64,000 bases of DNA from Candidatus Nealsonbacteria bacterium DGGOD1a (GTDB taxonomy: Bacteria; Patescibacteriota; Minisyncoccia; Minisyncoccales; UBA5738): contig CP092821.1 of NCBI GenBank assembly GCA_022530585.1, forward strand, positions 585,525 to 649,524, in the 5' to 3' direction. The number at the start of each line of letters is the position of its first letter. Within the stretch, counting starts at the first letter, position 1. Below, piece after piece: positions 28,011 to 38,238 of this stretch. A program made the translations under genes and the position numbers. The notes beneath the pieces are model-generated. The model made no database searches. It was not told the DNA's origin and saw only the letters and a list, made by a program, of their open reading frames with translations.

Positions 28011-29729
28011 ATGGCCAAAATTATACATTTTCTAGCCGTTGCGCTGGCAATGGTGTTGCCAATTTTAACCCAAGCGCGGGAAACCGCGCAAATCACTGAT
28101 TGGTATGTCAAGGATTTTCGGTCAACGATTACCGTGCAAACCGATTCGTCGCTTTTGATCGAGGAAAAAATCATTGCCGATGCGGGAAATTTTCCGGATA
28201 AGCATGGGATTTTCCGCGTTTTGCCGTTGGAAACAAAAACCGACAAGGGGACGATCAAAACTCCGGTGTCGCTGGTGAGTATAACCGATTTTGAAGGCAA
28301 CGCGATTCCTTATTCGGCCTCGACAAATAATTTTGACCATACTGTTACCTGGAAAATCGGCGATGCCGATAAAACCGTTACCGGCGTTAATGATTACGAG
28401 ATAACTTATTTGGTAAAAAACGCGGTGCGATCGGGGAACGCGGGTTTTGACGAGCTTTATTGGAACTTGAGCGGAAATTTTTGGGATATTGAAATTGATA
28501 ATTTTACGGCCAATGTCATATTTCCCGCCGGAATCGCCCAAAACAACAGCCAAGTATACCTCTATAGCGGCGGGTTGGGCCAAAAAAACAACAACATGGC
28601 AAGCTACGAGTGGACCAACGACAATACTTTGAAAATCGCCTCGAAACAAACATTATCGCCCGGGCAGGGAATTACCGCGTCGGTAACATTTCCGAAAAAC
28701 ATTATAAAACCTTATCAACCGGGATTTTTTGAACTCTATGGCGAATATTTTTGGTTTTTAATTCCGTTGCTTGCGCTGCTTATCGGTTATTACTTTTGGA
28801 ATAAATACGGCAAAGATCCGGTGGTCGATAAAACCGTAATTCCCGAATTCGAGATTCCGGAGAATTTAACGCCGATGGAAATGGGATTGCTGGCAAGCAA
28901 CGGAAATTTTGGCGATTCGCTGATATCGGCGACAATTATCGGTCTGGCGGTCAAAAAATATATCGTGATTGAAGAAATTCCCAAACAAGGCGTATTCGGC
29001 AAGCAGGATTTTCGATTGAAAAAGGCCGGCGGCGGTCCGGAGCCGCTAATTGAGCCGGAAAAACTTCTGATTGATAAAATTTTCGGCGCGAACAATGAAG
29101 TTTTGCTTTCCAAACTCAAGAATAATTTTTACAAAGATTTGCCCGAAATCAAAAAAGCGGGCGTTGAGGCATTGAAAAATAAAGGGTTAATCTGCCAGAG
29201 CGGTTTAACCATAAAAATGATTTTTATCGCCGCGGGATCAATTTTTTTGTTTGGAATAATTTTTGCGCTCGCCATTGGCGATCTTTGGCTCATCGTTTCG
29301 CTCGCGCTTGCGGGAATTGTTTTGTTGATTTTCGGATTATTGATGCCCAAGCGCACGCCAAAGGGCGCGGAACTGAATTGGCGCGTAAAGGGTTTTAAAC
29401 TTTATATGGAAACCGCCGAGAAATACCGGGCGCAATTCAACGAAAAAGAAAACATCTTTGAAAAATTTTTGCCCTACGCGATGGTTTTTGGAATGACTAA
29501 ACTGTGGATTAAAAAAATGGAAAAAATCTACGGCAAAGAATATTTCGCCAGTTATCATCCGGTGTGGTACGCGGGCAATTTCGCCGCCGGATTTAACGCC
29601 AATGATTTCACCATGCGGATGAATTCGTTATCGGCCGGAATCGCGGCCAACATCGGCACAACTTCGGGCGCGCACGGTTCCGGCGGTGTTGGCGGGGGCG
29701 GGGGAGGCGGCGGCGGAGGCGGTTGGTAA
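28011..29729 (+). CDS. DUF2207-family membrane protein with a C-terminal poly-Gly tail
   Basis: Signal peptide, extracellular domain, TM cluster, and a terminal GSGGVGGGGGGGGGGGW typical of DUF2207. Confidence 0.7.
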   Translation: MAKIIHFLAVALAMVLPILTQARETAQITDWYVKDFRSTITVQTDSSLLIEEKIIADAGNFPDKHGIFRVLPLETKTDKGTIKTPVSLVSITDFEGNAIPYSASTNNFDHTVTWKIGDADKTVTGVNDYEITYLVKNAVRSGNAGFDELYWNLSGNFWDIEIDNFTANVIFPAGIAQNNSQVYLYSGGLGQKNNNMASYEWTNDNTLKIASKQTLSPGQGITASVTFPKNIIKPYQPGFFELYGEYFWFLIPLLALLIGYYFWNKYGKDPVVDKTVIPEFEIPENLTPMEMGLLASNGNFGDSLISATIIGLAVKKYIVIEEIPKQGVFGKQDFRLKKAGGGPEPLIEPEKLLIDKIFGANNEVLLSKLKNNFYKDLPEIKKAGVEALKNKGLICQSGLTIKMIFIAAGSIFLFGIIFALAIGDLWLIVSLALAGIVLLIFGLLMPKRTPKGAELNWRVKGFKLYMETAEKYRAQFNEKENIFEKFLPYAMVFGMTKLWIKKMEKIYGKEYFASYHPVWYAGNFAAGFNANDFTMRMNSLSAGIAANIGTTSGAHGSGGVGGGGGGGGGGGW

Positions 29730-29776
29730 CCGAAAACAACAAACAACGATAGATGACAGGATAACAATCATAATGT

Positions 29777-29911
29777 AAAATCAAAAATATATTTTCCAAA
29801 TGTATTTCGTCGAGCGGGGTATGAACCCCGCACGACGACCAAAGGGGGCACCCCTTTGGAATCCTCTTGGTGCACCCCGGGGCAAAGCCCTGAGGTATTG
29901 CACTCAATAAA
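29777..29911 (-). repeat. Three-hairpin element, subfamily F2, copy F
   Basis: Near-identical to copies E and H. Confidence 0.85.
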
Positions 29912-29923
29912 GAAAATAATTTA

Positions 29924-30041
29924 AATTACGAAACCATTAAATTCAAATGCCTTGAAGGGGTCTAACCCTTGCGATTATCCCTCGCAAAAGCCTCGGGACA
30001 GGCGCGAGGGATAGACCCCAAATACAAAGCGTTTCGTAATT
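29924..30041. repeat. MITE with IS982-like termini (family A), copy 1
   Basis: TIRs aattacgaaac / gtttcgtaatt enclose the hairpin ggggtctaaccc...gggatagacccc. Confidence 0.75.
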
Positions 30042-30059
30042 CAAAATAATTAAAAAAAT

Positions 30060-31490
30060 ATGAACGCAAACCGAAACGGAAACACGATTGTCGTAATTCT
30101 AATCGCTTTGGGGGTTGCCGTCACCGGCGCGATTGGCGCCGGCTGGTATGCCTACCAATTATATTCAACCCCCTCAAACTATGATGTTTTGCCAATGAAC
30201 AATGATGATATGCCGCTCGAAAAAAACATCAATGAAAATAGCGAACTTGATTCCGCCTCAACAACCGAAGAGCCGATTAGCGAACAAATCCCCGATGCGA
30301 ACGGCAATATTGAGTCGCCAATTGAATTCAAAGATTATCCGGCCGCCAAAGACTCATTGGCAACGGTTGCCGCCGCCAACCAATTCGCGTTTGAACTATA
30401 TGGCCAATACAAAAACACCAACGACAATATCTTCTTTTCGCCCTATAGCATCTCATCGGCGTTGCAAATGACCTATGAGGGAGCGCGCGGAAAAACCGCT
30501 CAAGAGATGGCGGCGGTTTTTCATTTCCCCAATGACGCGGCAACGCGCATCGGATCGTTTGCCAAATTGTATTCGGAAATCAATCCCAAAAACGCAACTT
30601 ACCAGCTTTCAACCGCCAACGCGCTCTGGGCTCAAAATGATTATCCGTTTGATCAAAACTATCTAAAAACCGTTGAAACTTGTTATCGCGGCAAAGCGAC
30701 AAATCTTGATTTTGTTTCCGATACCGAAAATTCCCGCCAAACCATCAATGAATGGGTGAGCGATAAAACCGCGCAAAAAATTCCCGAGCTGTTCGCTTCA
30801 GGATCGCTGAATCCGCTCACCCGCTTGGTGTTGACCAACGCGATTTATTTTAAAGGCAAATGGGAAGCTCCGTTTGAAAAAATGCTCACCAAAGAAAAAG
30901 ATTTCACCGCGCCAAACGGCGCGAAAACCAAATGCCAAATGATGAACATGAAAGAGAGTTTTGGATATGCCGAAACCGCGGAATACCAAGTATTGGAGTT
31001 GCCCTATGGAAACAATGACTTGTCAATGATAATAATTTTGCCTCAAAACGGGAAAATGGCGCCAATCGAAAGCGAGTTGTCAATGGGAAAATTTGCCGCG
31101 ATAAAAAATGATTTGAAATCAGAATTGGTGGATGTGTTTTTGCCGAAATTCAAATTTGACGCTTCCTACAATATGAATCAAACGCTGGCAAAAATGGGAA
31201 TGCCCACAGCATTTGACGATGGAAATGCCGATTTTTCGGGAATGTATGATAAAACGAAGACAACGGAAAATCTTTATATCGGCCTGGTAATCCACAAAGC
31301 ATATATTGATGTTTATGAGGAGGGTACCGAAGCCGCCGCGGCTACCGGAGTGGCAATGCAAGCGACCGCGGTAATGGAACCACCGCAAGCAAAAATTTTC
31401 AATGCCGACCATCCGTTTATGTTCGCGATCGTCCATAATGATACCGGCAGTATTTTATTTATGGGCAAGGTTAACGATCCAAATAATTAA
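30060..31490 (+). CDS. Serpin-family protease inhibitor (membrane-anchored or secreted)
   Basis: NAIYFKGKW, reactive-centre hinge EEGTEAAAATG, FNADHPFMFAI. Confidence 0.85.
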   Translation: MNANRNGNTIVVILIALGVAVTGAIGAGWYAYQLYSTPSNYDVLPMNNDDMPLEKNINENSELDSASTTEEPISEQIPDANGNIESPIEFKDYPAAKDSLATVAAANQFAFELYGQYKNTNDNIFFSPYSISSALQMTYEGARGKTAQEMAAVFHFPNDAATRIGSFAKLYSEINPKNATYQLSTANALWAQNDYPFDQNYLKTVETCYRGKATNLDFVSDTENSRQTINEWVSDKTAQKIPELFASGSLNPLTRLVLTNAIYFKGKWEAPFEKMLTKEKDFTAPNGAKTKCQMMNMKESFGYAETAEYQVLELPYGNNDLSMIIILPQNGKMAPIESELSMGKFAAIKNDLKSELVDVFLPKFKFDASYNMNQTLAKMGMPTAFDDGNADFSGMYDKTKTTENLYIGLVIHKAYIDVYEEGTEAAAATGVAMQATAVMEPPQAKIFNADHPFMFAIVHNDTGSILFMGKVNDPNN

Positions 31491-31525
31491 TCAAAGCCGC
31501 CTTCGAGCGGTTTTTTGAAAAATTT

Positions 31526-32170
31526 ATGGCTTTAATCGAAAACTTGATCGGCTCCGGCTACTTAAAAACTTCGCGGATAATTGAAGCGTTCCGAAAAATT
31601 AAAAGAAAAGATTTCCTGCCGGAAAACCTACCTCATCGCCATTTCGCCGCCGAACTGGACGAGGCTGTTTCCATCGGCTGGGCGCAAACCATTTCCCAGC
31701 CCGCGACGGTGGCGTTTATGCTGGAGCTTTTACAACCTTGTCCGGGCGATAAAATTTTGGATGTTGGTTACGGTTCGGGCTGGACCACCGCGCTGTTGGC
31801 GCATATTGTTTCACAAAACGGCGCCAAAGGAAAAGTGGTGGCGATTGAAAGAATAAAGTTGTTGGCCGAATTCGGCAAGAGAAACATCGGCAAATACGGA
31901 TTTATTAAAAGTCGAATCGTTCAATGCGTGGTTGGGGATGGCGCGAAAGGATATTCGCCTCAAGCGCCATATGACCGCATTTTGGCTTCCGCCGCCGCGC
32001 AGAATATGCCGCCGGCATGGGAGGAACAATTAAAGACCGGCGGCGTGATCGTCGCCCCGGTCCAAAACGCGGTGCTAAAAATCGAGAAAAGCAAAAACAA
32101 CACCTTCAACGAAACCCGCTATGAAGGATTTGCCTTTGTGCCCCTGATACAAAGCGAAACTGACAAATAA
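31526..32170 (+). CDS. pcm: Protein-L-isoaspartate O-methyltransferase
   Basis: QTISQP, SAM motif ILDVGYGSGW, PYDRI. Confidence 0.8.
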   Translation: MALIENLIGSGYLKTSRIIEAFRKIKRKDFLPENLPHRHFAAELDEAVSIGWAQTISQPATVAFMLELLQPCPGDKILDVGYGSGWTTALLAHIVSQNGAKGKVVAIERIKLLAEFGKRNIGKYGFIKSRIVQCVVGDGAKGYSPQAPYDRILASAAAQNMPPAWEEQLKTGGVIVAPVQNAVLKIEKSKNNTFNETRYEGFAFVPLIQSETDK

Positions 32171-32173
32171 TGT

Positions 32174-32310
32174 TTTATTGAGTGCAATACCTCGGGGCTT
32201 TGCCCCGGGGTGCACCAAGAGGATTCCAAAGGGGTGCCCCCTTTGGTCGTCGTGCGGGGTTCATACCCCGCACGACGAAATACATTTGAAAAATATATTT
32301 TTGATTTTTT
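32174..32310 (+). repeat. Three-hairpin element, subfamily F2, copy G (opposite orientation to E, F and H)
   Basis: Reverse complement of the F2 consensus. Hairpin 3 is perfectly paired here (gtcgtgcgggg/ccccgcacgac). Confidence 0.85.
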
Positions 32311-32335
32311 GCCGAACGGCATCAAATGTATTGTT

Positions 32336-32698
32336 TCAGGAAATTATTTTGATGCCGATTTCGGCAATCTTAAATCCCGCGTAGACCATAAACGCGGCAA
32401 ACATTGACCAAACGATCACATTGAGCAATTTAGCGATTTCTTGCGCCGGCAAAAGATTCGCCACCGCTTCTTGCGTTGCTTGACTCATCGCTAATTGCAT
32501 TTGCGCCTCAACATTGAGGTTGGCGGTATCAGGAGATTGTGATTTTGCCGTTCCGCGGTTTTCTCCAAAATTAAACACCGGCGGAAAATCCGCCTTGGCG
32601 GTGAAATAACGATACGAAGTATTCACCGTCCAAGCAATCACCGCCAAACCGACAGCCAGCAAAACCCAACCGATTATTTTTTTAGCATTCATGAACAA
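32336..32698 (-). CDS. Small membrane protein
   Basis: 120 aa with N- and C-terminal TM helices. Confidence 0.55.
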   Translation of the reverse strand: MFMNAKKIIGWVLLAVGLAVIAWTVNTSYRYFTAKADFPPVFNFGENRGTAKSQSPDTANLNVEAQMQLAMSQATQEAVANLLPAQEIAKLLNVIVWSMFAAFMVYAGFKIAEIGIKIIS

Positions 32699-32765
32699 AA
32701 GCTGTTGAAATCGAATATCAACAGCTTACCAATAGCTTGTTGATATTCGATTTCAACACGCCATA

Positions 32766-34184
32766 TTATTTACTTTCAAAGAAGGCTTTATAAGCCAAGT
32801 AAGCCGAATATATATCGGCCTTGCTGGCGATCTCAAACGGCGCGTGCATTGAAAGCAGGGGAACGCCGATATCGATGATATCCATATTCAACCGCGCCAA
32901 ATACATTGCCACGGTACCCCCGCCGCCGATATCCACCTTGCCCATGCCGCCGATTTGCCAATTAATATCGTTTTCATTGAAAATTTTCCTGACAAAGCCG
33001 ACAAATTCGGCCGTCGCTTCGCTGGTATCGTATTTTCCGCGATAACCGCTATGTTTTTCAATCGCGACCCCCGCGCCAATTTTCGCCGTATTGGCCGCGT
33101 CAAAAACATCGGCGTAGTCGGGATCAAAACCAACCGTAACATCGGCGGAAATCGCCCTTGTTTTCACGAAAACATCGCGCAAAACATTTTCATCATGATT
33201 GCCGGTTTCCAAATAAATCAATTCGCTCACAAAATCGGAAATATAATTTGAATTCGCTCCCGTGGCGCCTTCGCTGCCTATTTCTTCCTTATCGGAAAGA
33301 ACGACAATCGTCGCGTATTCATTATTTTCGGATTCAAACAACGACTTCACCGCGCCATAAGCGCACACCCGGTCGTCCTGTCCATACGCGGCGATCAAGC
33401 TGCGGTCGAAACCAAGGTCGCGCGCCATGCCTTGCGGCACCAGCTCCAAATCCGCGGAAACAAAATCTTCTTCGGAGATACCGTATTTTTCATTTAAAAG
33501 TTTTAATAATCGGATTTTCACTGGTTCTTTGTCATCCTTGTTTTTTGAACCCAAACTGCCCGCGACGATATTCAGAGTTTCGGCCGGAACCGCTTCATCG
33601 AGTTTCTTTTCATATTGCAATTTGGCAAGATGCGGTAATAAATCCGTGATCATAAAAATCGGATCCTCCGGTTTATCGCCAATCGCAATTTCGATCGCGC
33701 TTCCATCCTGTTTTATAATCGTTCCATACATCGCCAAAGGCAAAGCCGTCCATTGATATTTTTTAATACCGCCGTAGTAATGGGTTTTTAAAAACGCCAT
33801 ATGCTCTCCCTCGAATAATGGCCTGACTTTCAAATCCAATCGGGGCGAATCGATGTGCGCCATGATCATGCGCGCGCCTTCTCTAACCGGTTTTTTGCCG
33901 GGTTTTGCCAAAATTATGGCTTTGCCGCGATTGATTGAATAGACCGGAGCGTTGAAACCTTTTTGTTTGACTTCGCCAATATGTTCCAACTTTTTGAAAC
34001 CATTTTCGATCGCTTGGACTTCGGCGATCTTAACCGCCAAGCGTTCGGTTTTGGCCGCGCTTAAAAATTCCTTGTAACCTTCGCAGAAATCAAACGCTTT
34101 TTTCGTAGTGGCATCATCCCAGATATCAAAAGCGAATTTCTTTTCAAACATCAAATTAGGCTCGTTTTGTTCATTTTTATCCAT
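32766..34184 (-). CDS. M18-family aminopeptidase
   Basis: MAHIDSPRLDLK, SDKEEIGSEGATGA, LSMHAPFE. Confidence 0.8.
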   Translation of the reverse strand: MDKNEQNEPNLMFEKKFAFDIWDDATTKKAFDFCEGYKEFLSAAKTERLAVKIAEVQAIENGFKKLEHIGEVKQKGFNAPVYSINRGKAIILAKPGKKPVREGARMIMAHIDSPRLDLKVRPLFEGEHMAFLKTHYYGGIKKYQWTALPLAMYGTIIKQDGSAIEIAIGDKPEDPIFMITDLLPHLAKLQYEKKLDEAVPAETLNIVAGSLGSKNKDDKEPVKIRLLKLLNEKYGISEEDFVSADLELVPQGMARDLGFDRSLIAAYGQDDRVCAYGAVKSLFESENNEYATIVVLSDKEEIGSEGATGANSNYISDFVSELIYLETGNHDENVLRDVFVKTRAISADVTVGFDPDYADVFDAANTAKIGAGVAIEKHSGYRGKYDTSEATAEFVGFVRKIFNENDINWQIGGMGKVDIGGGGTVAMYLARLNMDIIDIGVPLLSMHAPFEIASKADIYSAYLAYKAFFESK

Positions 34185-34240
34185 AGTTGTGGTAATGTAT
34201 TATTATTCAAAATAGCTTATTTGGCTTAAAAAGTAAATTT

Positions 34241-35320
34241 ATGAACGACAGAATAAAAGAATTGCAAAAATTTATCGATTCGGAAAAATTAGACGCAATG
34301 ATTGTCACCAACCCGGTCAATATCTTTTATCTGACCGGAGTGAACAATTTTGACAGCGAAAAAGGTTTTTTGATGGTGGTTTTCAAAAATAAATATCGGT
34401 TGATTTCATCGCTATTTTATCAAAACCGGATCTGTGGAGTAATTCCAAACGCGAACGCGGTTTATGTGCCGCGCGGCGAATCGATTTCGGAATATATGCT
34501 AAAGGAATTTGGCGATGAAGCCGCCATTGGTTTCGAGCGGGAAGATTTGTCATTCGCCCGATACGAATTATTCAAAAAAGTCTTGCGCGGTAAAAAACTG
34601 ATCCCGGTTTCCAGCGCGATTGAAAAATTCCGGCAAATAAAAACCGACGACGAAATATCGCTCATAAAAAAAGCCGCCGCGATCACCGACAAAACTTTCG
34701 CCCAATTGTTGAAATCAATCAAACCCGGCGTTACCGAACTGTTTTTAAAAAGAAAAGTTCTGGAAATTATGCAGGATTTGGGAGCGCAAGGATGCTCGTT
34801 TGACCCGATTGTGGCAAGCGGAAAAAATTCCGCGGATCCGCATTATGAAGGGTCGAATAAAAAAATAAAGATCGGGGAAATGATCGTGATTGATATTGGC
34901 GCGCGGTACAAAAATTACAACGCGGATATGACGCGCATGGTATTCACGGGCAAAGCGTCGCAAAAGTACATAAATATGTACAACATTGTTTTGGAAACCC
35001 AAGAAAAATCATTGGAAGAATGCAAACCCGGTGCCTCGCCAAAACAGGTTTTTGACAACTGTGTTGAAAATTTCAAAAAATATGGCGAAGACCGATTTTT
35101 CACGCACGGGTTGGGGCATGGCGTGGGCATCGATATCCACGAATTGCCGAATTTAAGCCCGGCGGGAACCGGTGGATTTGAGAACGGAATGGTGTTCACC
35201 GTGGAGCCGGGGCTTTATCATCTCGGCTGGGGCGGCATCCGCGTTGAAGATTTGTGCGCGATACAAAACGGCAAATGCGCCATATTAAGCAAAACGCCGA
35301 AAAATCTCATTGAAATATAA
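34241..35320 (+). CDS. M24-family Xaa-Pro peptidase
   Basis: VIDIGARYKNYNADMTR, HGLGHGVGIDIHE, TVEPGLY, IRVED. Confidence 0.85.
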   Translation: MNDRIKELQKFIDSEKLDAMIVTNPVNIFYLTGVNNFDSEKGFLMVVFKNKYRLISSLFYQNRICGVIPNANAVYVPRGESISEYMLKEFGDEAAIGFEREDLSFARYELFKKVLRGKKLIPVSSAIEKFRQIKTDDEISLIKKAAAITDKTFAQLLKSIKPGVTELFLKRKVLEIMQDLGAQGCSFDPIVASGKNSADPHYEGSNKKIKIGEMIVIDIGARYKNYNADMTRMVFTGKASQKYINMYNIVLETQEKSLEECKPGASPKQVFDNCVENFKKYGEDRFFTHGLGHGVGIDIHELPNLSPAGTGGFENGMVFTVEPGLYHLGWGGIRVEDLCAIQNGKCAILSKTPKNLIEI

Positions 35321-35332
35321 TTAAAATAACAT

Positions 35333-35896
35333 ATGAAAAAAGCGATTCTGATTGTTCTGGCGATAATGATCGCGGGCGAACTGGGCTATCTTTATTATCG
35401 GATGAAAACCACCGAATTCCAGCCCGACGACAAGTTGTTGGATGTTCTGCCCAAAACCGCGGAAGAGAATCCAACCGCGACTACGCCTATTGGCGAAAAC
35501 GCGGAAAATTCAACCGGCGCGGCGACAAGCACATTGAGCGAAGCCGACAAAAAAATAAAAACTTTTGAAGAATGCGTCTACGCGGGCAAGCCGGTCAGCG
35601 GACAAAAGCCTCATCGCCAATGCAAAGTTGCCGACAATTTGACTTTTATCGAGATTGAATCCTGCGAAACGCCCACGGGAGAATCAATGGATTTCTACAC
35701 CGCCCAACGCATCTTCGACTCCAGCCAGTGCGCGATCGAAGGCAGCGCCGATAGCGATCCTTATTGCAATCCGAACACCGGCGCTTGGTGGATCGACATT
35801 TTGACATACCGCAAAGGCTGCGACCCGGCCTGCGTCATCGACATTAAAACCAAAAAAGCCGAAGTCAACTGGCGCTGCACCGGCGCGCAACCATAG
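35333..35896 (+). CDS. Membrane-anchored Cys-containing extracellular protein
   Basis: 187 aa with an N-terminal TM segment and eight or more Cys. Confidence 0.55.
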   Translation: MKKAILIVLAIMIAGELGYLYYRMKTTEFQPDDKLLDVLPKTAEENPTATTPIGENAENSTGAATSTLSEADKKIKTFEECVYAGKPVSGQKPHRQCKVADNLTFIEIESCETPTGESMDFYTAQRIFDSSQCAIEGSADSDPYCNPNTGAWWIDILTYRKGCDPACVIDIKTKKAEVNWRCTGAQP

Positions 35897-35966
35897 GATC
35901 ATACGATCATAAGATCATAAAAACATTAAAATCGCGCCGGTTGGCGCGATTTTTCGTACAAAATGC

Positions 35967-36134
35967 AACCCCTCACTGGGGAGCAAATTTGTTGAGGTTT
36001 GACCTCGAGAATTTGTATTTTGAGGTCAATCCTCAACAAATTTACGGTAAGGGCTGGCGCGAATTTGAAGGTCAAACCTCTCGCAAGCCGAGGATTGACC
36101 TCCAAATGCGCTATTTTTACTTCCCAGTAAGTGG
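35967..36134. repeat. Composite palindromic element, family C, copy 2
   Basis: It has the same termini as copy 1 (aacccctcactgggg / cccagtaagtgg). The internal hairpins are replaced by ttgaggtttgacctc..gaggtcaatcctcaa and gaaggtcaaacctc..gaggattgacctc. Confidence 0.75.
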
Positions 36135-36244
36135 TTACTACAAAATTATTTGACAAATTATATGTTTTAGTATTAAATATAAACGGAGTCTTTAATAACA
36201 ATGGAGGAATTAAAATACTAGAAACTCTTTCAGACGACAACCTG

Positions 36245-36550
36245 ATGCAACTAGGATCGTTTCTAATAATTGAAATCGCAATAACCGTATTATCGATCGT
36301 AACATTGATCGCAACGGACAAGCGATTTGAACAAAAACACGATAAAGCATACGCAGCACTTTTTTCAATTGTGTTTGCAATCGGAATCGGTTTTGCGGAC
36401 ACGGTTGTCGCAACATATGGTTTTGAAATGATTAAAGACGCAAGCTTTCTAGTCAAAGGTATTTGCATCTTTCCACCAATAGTAATTTGCCTTGTGACGA
36501 TAGCAATATCTGACAGGTCTGAAGGGAGATGGTCAAAAAAATCTCTATGA
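36245..36550 (+). CDS. Small integral membrane protein (start uncertain)
   Basis: Three hydrophobic helices. It sits in an AT-rich segment between family C repeats. The track ORF starts at 36131, inside the repeat. Confidence 0.4.
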   Translation: MQLGSFLIIEIAITVLSIVTLIATDKRFEQKHDKAYAALFSIVFAIGIGFADTVVATYGFEMIKDASFLVKGICIFPPIVICLVTIAISDRSEGRWSKKSL

Positions 36551-36620
36551 TCATTCTCCGTTTTTTTATACAAACGCGCCTTTTGCTATGCTATAATATT
36601 TAAACAGTGTCAGCCGCCGC

Positions 36621-36672
36621 GAATTTGTTGAGGATTGACCTCCCAAAGCCGAGGTCAAACCTCCACAAATTC
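36621..36672. repeat. Family C single hairpin module
   Basis: gaatttgttgaggattgacctc-ccaaagcc-gaggtcaaacctccacaaattc, 8 nt upstream of the xseA start. Confidence 0.75.
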
Positions 36673-36680
36673 GCTTTGTT

Positions 36681-37946
36681 ATGGAATTTGATAATATTAA
36701 CCAAAAAAATATTTTTGAAGCCGGACCGGTGACGGTGGCGCAGTTTATTGATCAGCTCAATCGGCTGGTCAAGCCGGTTAGCGTGAAGATCATCGGCGAA
36801 GTGAGCGAGGCCAAGGTTGGGCCCACCGGGCATATGTATTTTTCGATGAAGGATGAAAAAAACGCGGCGGTAATGAGTTGCGCGATTTGGCGTTCGCGTT
36901 ATGAGATGTTTGGCATCCAGCTCAAGATCGGCATGAAAATCATTGCTTCGGGACACGCCGAGATTTACGCTCCCAGCGGCCGGCTGTCGTTTATCTGTGA
37001 TTCGGTTGAGCTTGCCGGAGAAGGCGCGTTAAAAAAAGAATACGACCGGCTTCTGGCGAAATTGACGAACGAAGGCATATTCGCGATTGAAAAAAAACGA
37101 GCGGTGCCAAAATTTGCCCGCCGTATCGGCATTATCACCTCAAAGCAAGGCGCGGTCATTCACGATTTCTTGAACAATATCGGCAAATTCGGTTTCCAAA
37201 TCGAATTCATCGATTCGCGCGTCGAGGGCCAGCTGGCCGTGGGCGATTTGCTGGCCTCAATCCAAACTTTTAAAAAGCGCGAGATCGATGTTTTGGTGAT
37301 AATGCGCGGCGGCGGCTCGCTGGAAGCGATGATGGCATTTAATAATGAAACTATCGTTCGCGAAATTGCCGCTTTCCCGGTGCCCGTAATCGCGGGCATC
37401 GGCCACGACAAGGATGTGCCATTGGCCGCGATGGCGGCGGATGTCATGACCTCAACCCCAACCGCGGCGGCAAATCTGCTCACTCAATCATGGCAAGAAA
37501 TCTTCCGCGCGCTGGATCGTTATGAGAACGCGATCATCGGCGGCTATAAAAACGAACTTACCCAAGCACGGTCGCGATTGCGGCAATATGCCGGAATTTT
37601 ATCCAATTTCAGATATATCCTGCAAAACATCACCCGCAAAATCAACGCGGTAATGGAAAATTCGGTTTTATCGATAAAAAACCGGTTATTGTCGATCAAC
37701 CAGCAAATTTCATACTTGCGAAACATCATCGAATCGCACAATCCCGAACGCCAATTAAAACTTGGCTATTCGATCGCCAAAATCAACGGAAAAATCCTGA
37801 AATCCGCCAGAAACGCCCGGCCCGGGGACGACTTGGATATAATTCTGGCCGATGGTATGATCAATTCAAAAGCAACTAACATTAAATTGCATGGAAACAA
37901 AAAAGAAAACCGCCAGCCTGAACGACAATTTAAAACAACTGGCTGA
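36681..37946 (+). CDS. xseA: Exodeoxyribonuclease VII large subunit
   Basis: N-terminal OB fold (GEVSE...GHMYFSMKDE), RIGIITS, MRGGGS and GIGHDKD motifs. Confidence 0.85.
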   Translation: MEFDNINQKNIFEAGPVTVAQFIDQLNRLVKPVSVKIIGEVSEAKVGPTGHMYFSMKDEKNAAVMSCAIWRSRYEMFGIQLKIGMKIIASGHAEIYAPSGRLSFICDSVELAGEGALKKEYDRLLAKLTNEGIFAIEKKRAVPKFARRIGIITSKQGAVIHDFLNNIGKFGFQIEFIDSRVEGQLAVGDLLASIQTFKKREIDVLVIMRGGGSLEAMMAFNNETIVREIAAFPVPVIAGIGHDKDVPLAAMAADVMTSTPTAAANLLTQSWQEIFRALDRYENAIIGGYKNELTQARSRLRQYAGILSNFRYILQNITRKINAVMENSVLSIKNRLLSINQQISYLRNIIESHNPERQLKLGYSIAKINGKILKSARNARPGDDLDIILADGMINSKATNIKLHGNKKENRQPERQFKTTG

Positions 37947-38127
37947 AATTTCCGAATGGTTCGGCGGCCAAAAAGAACTGGATGTGGAAGCCGGCATTGA
38001 AAAAGTAAAAATCGCGGCCGAACTCATCAAATCCAGCAAAGAGAAATTGAACAAGCTGGAAAACGAGTTCAAAGAAATCGAAAAGGAATTCGTTGCCGAA
38101 GCGGCACCTGAAAATAACGATTTTTGA
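37891..38127 (+). CDS. xseB: Exodeoxyribonuclease VII small subunit
   Basis: 78-aa helical protein overlapping the xseA 3' end. LKQLAEISEWF. Confidence 0.7.
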   Translation: METKKKTASLNDNLKQLAEISEWFGGQKELDVEAGIEKVKIAAELIKSSKEKLNKLENEFKEIEKEFVAEAAPENNDF

Positions 38128-38238
38128 CAAAACGGTTCTATCTGGTAAAATAAAATTGCTTTAAAAAATCTATAACTATAATACGACACCTGACGGGTGG
38201 CGTATTTTCTGATCATTAACAAGTTAAAAAGGTGGAGA

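Noticed and set aside
32255-32276. T-arm-like GCGGGGTTCATACCCCGC in the repeats, suggesting tRNA or a tRNA-derived SINE
   Set aside because: No acceptor, D or anticodon arm can be drawn. The loop is 6 nt and the adjacent hairpin has a 3-nt loop. No tRNA genes were found in the window.
32178-32384. Conserved peptide (..AIPRGFAPGCTKRIPKGCPLWSSCGVHTP..) encoded in every F2 repeat copy, with RGFAPGCAKRIP in F3
   Set aside because: The similarity follows from nucleotide identity. The F1 copies carry an in-frame stop, the C-termini differ with each flank, and there is no consistent start or RBS. Substitutions preserve base pairing (C-G to U-G) rather than protein properties.
35926-36573. 215-aa minus-strand ORF
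   Set aside because: It reads through the family C repeats and lies opposite a + strand ORF with clear TM helices. It has no motifs.
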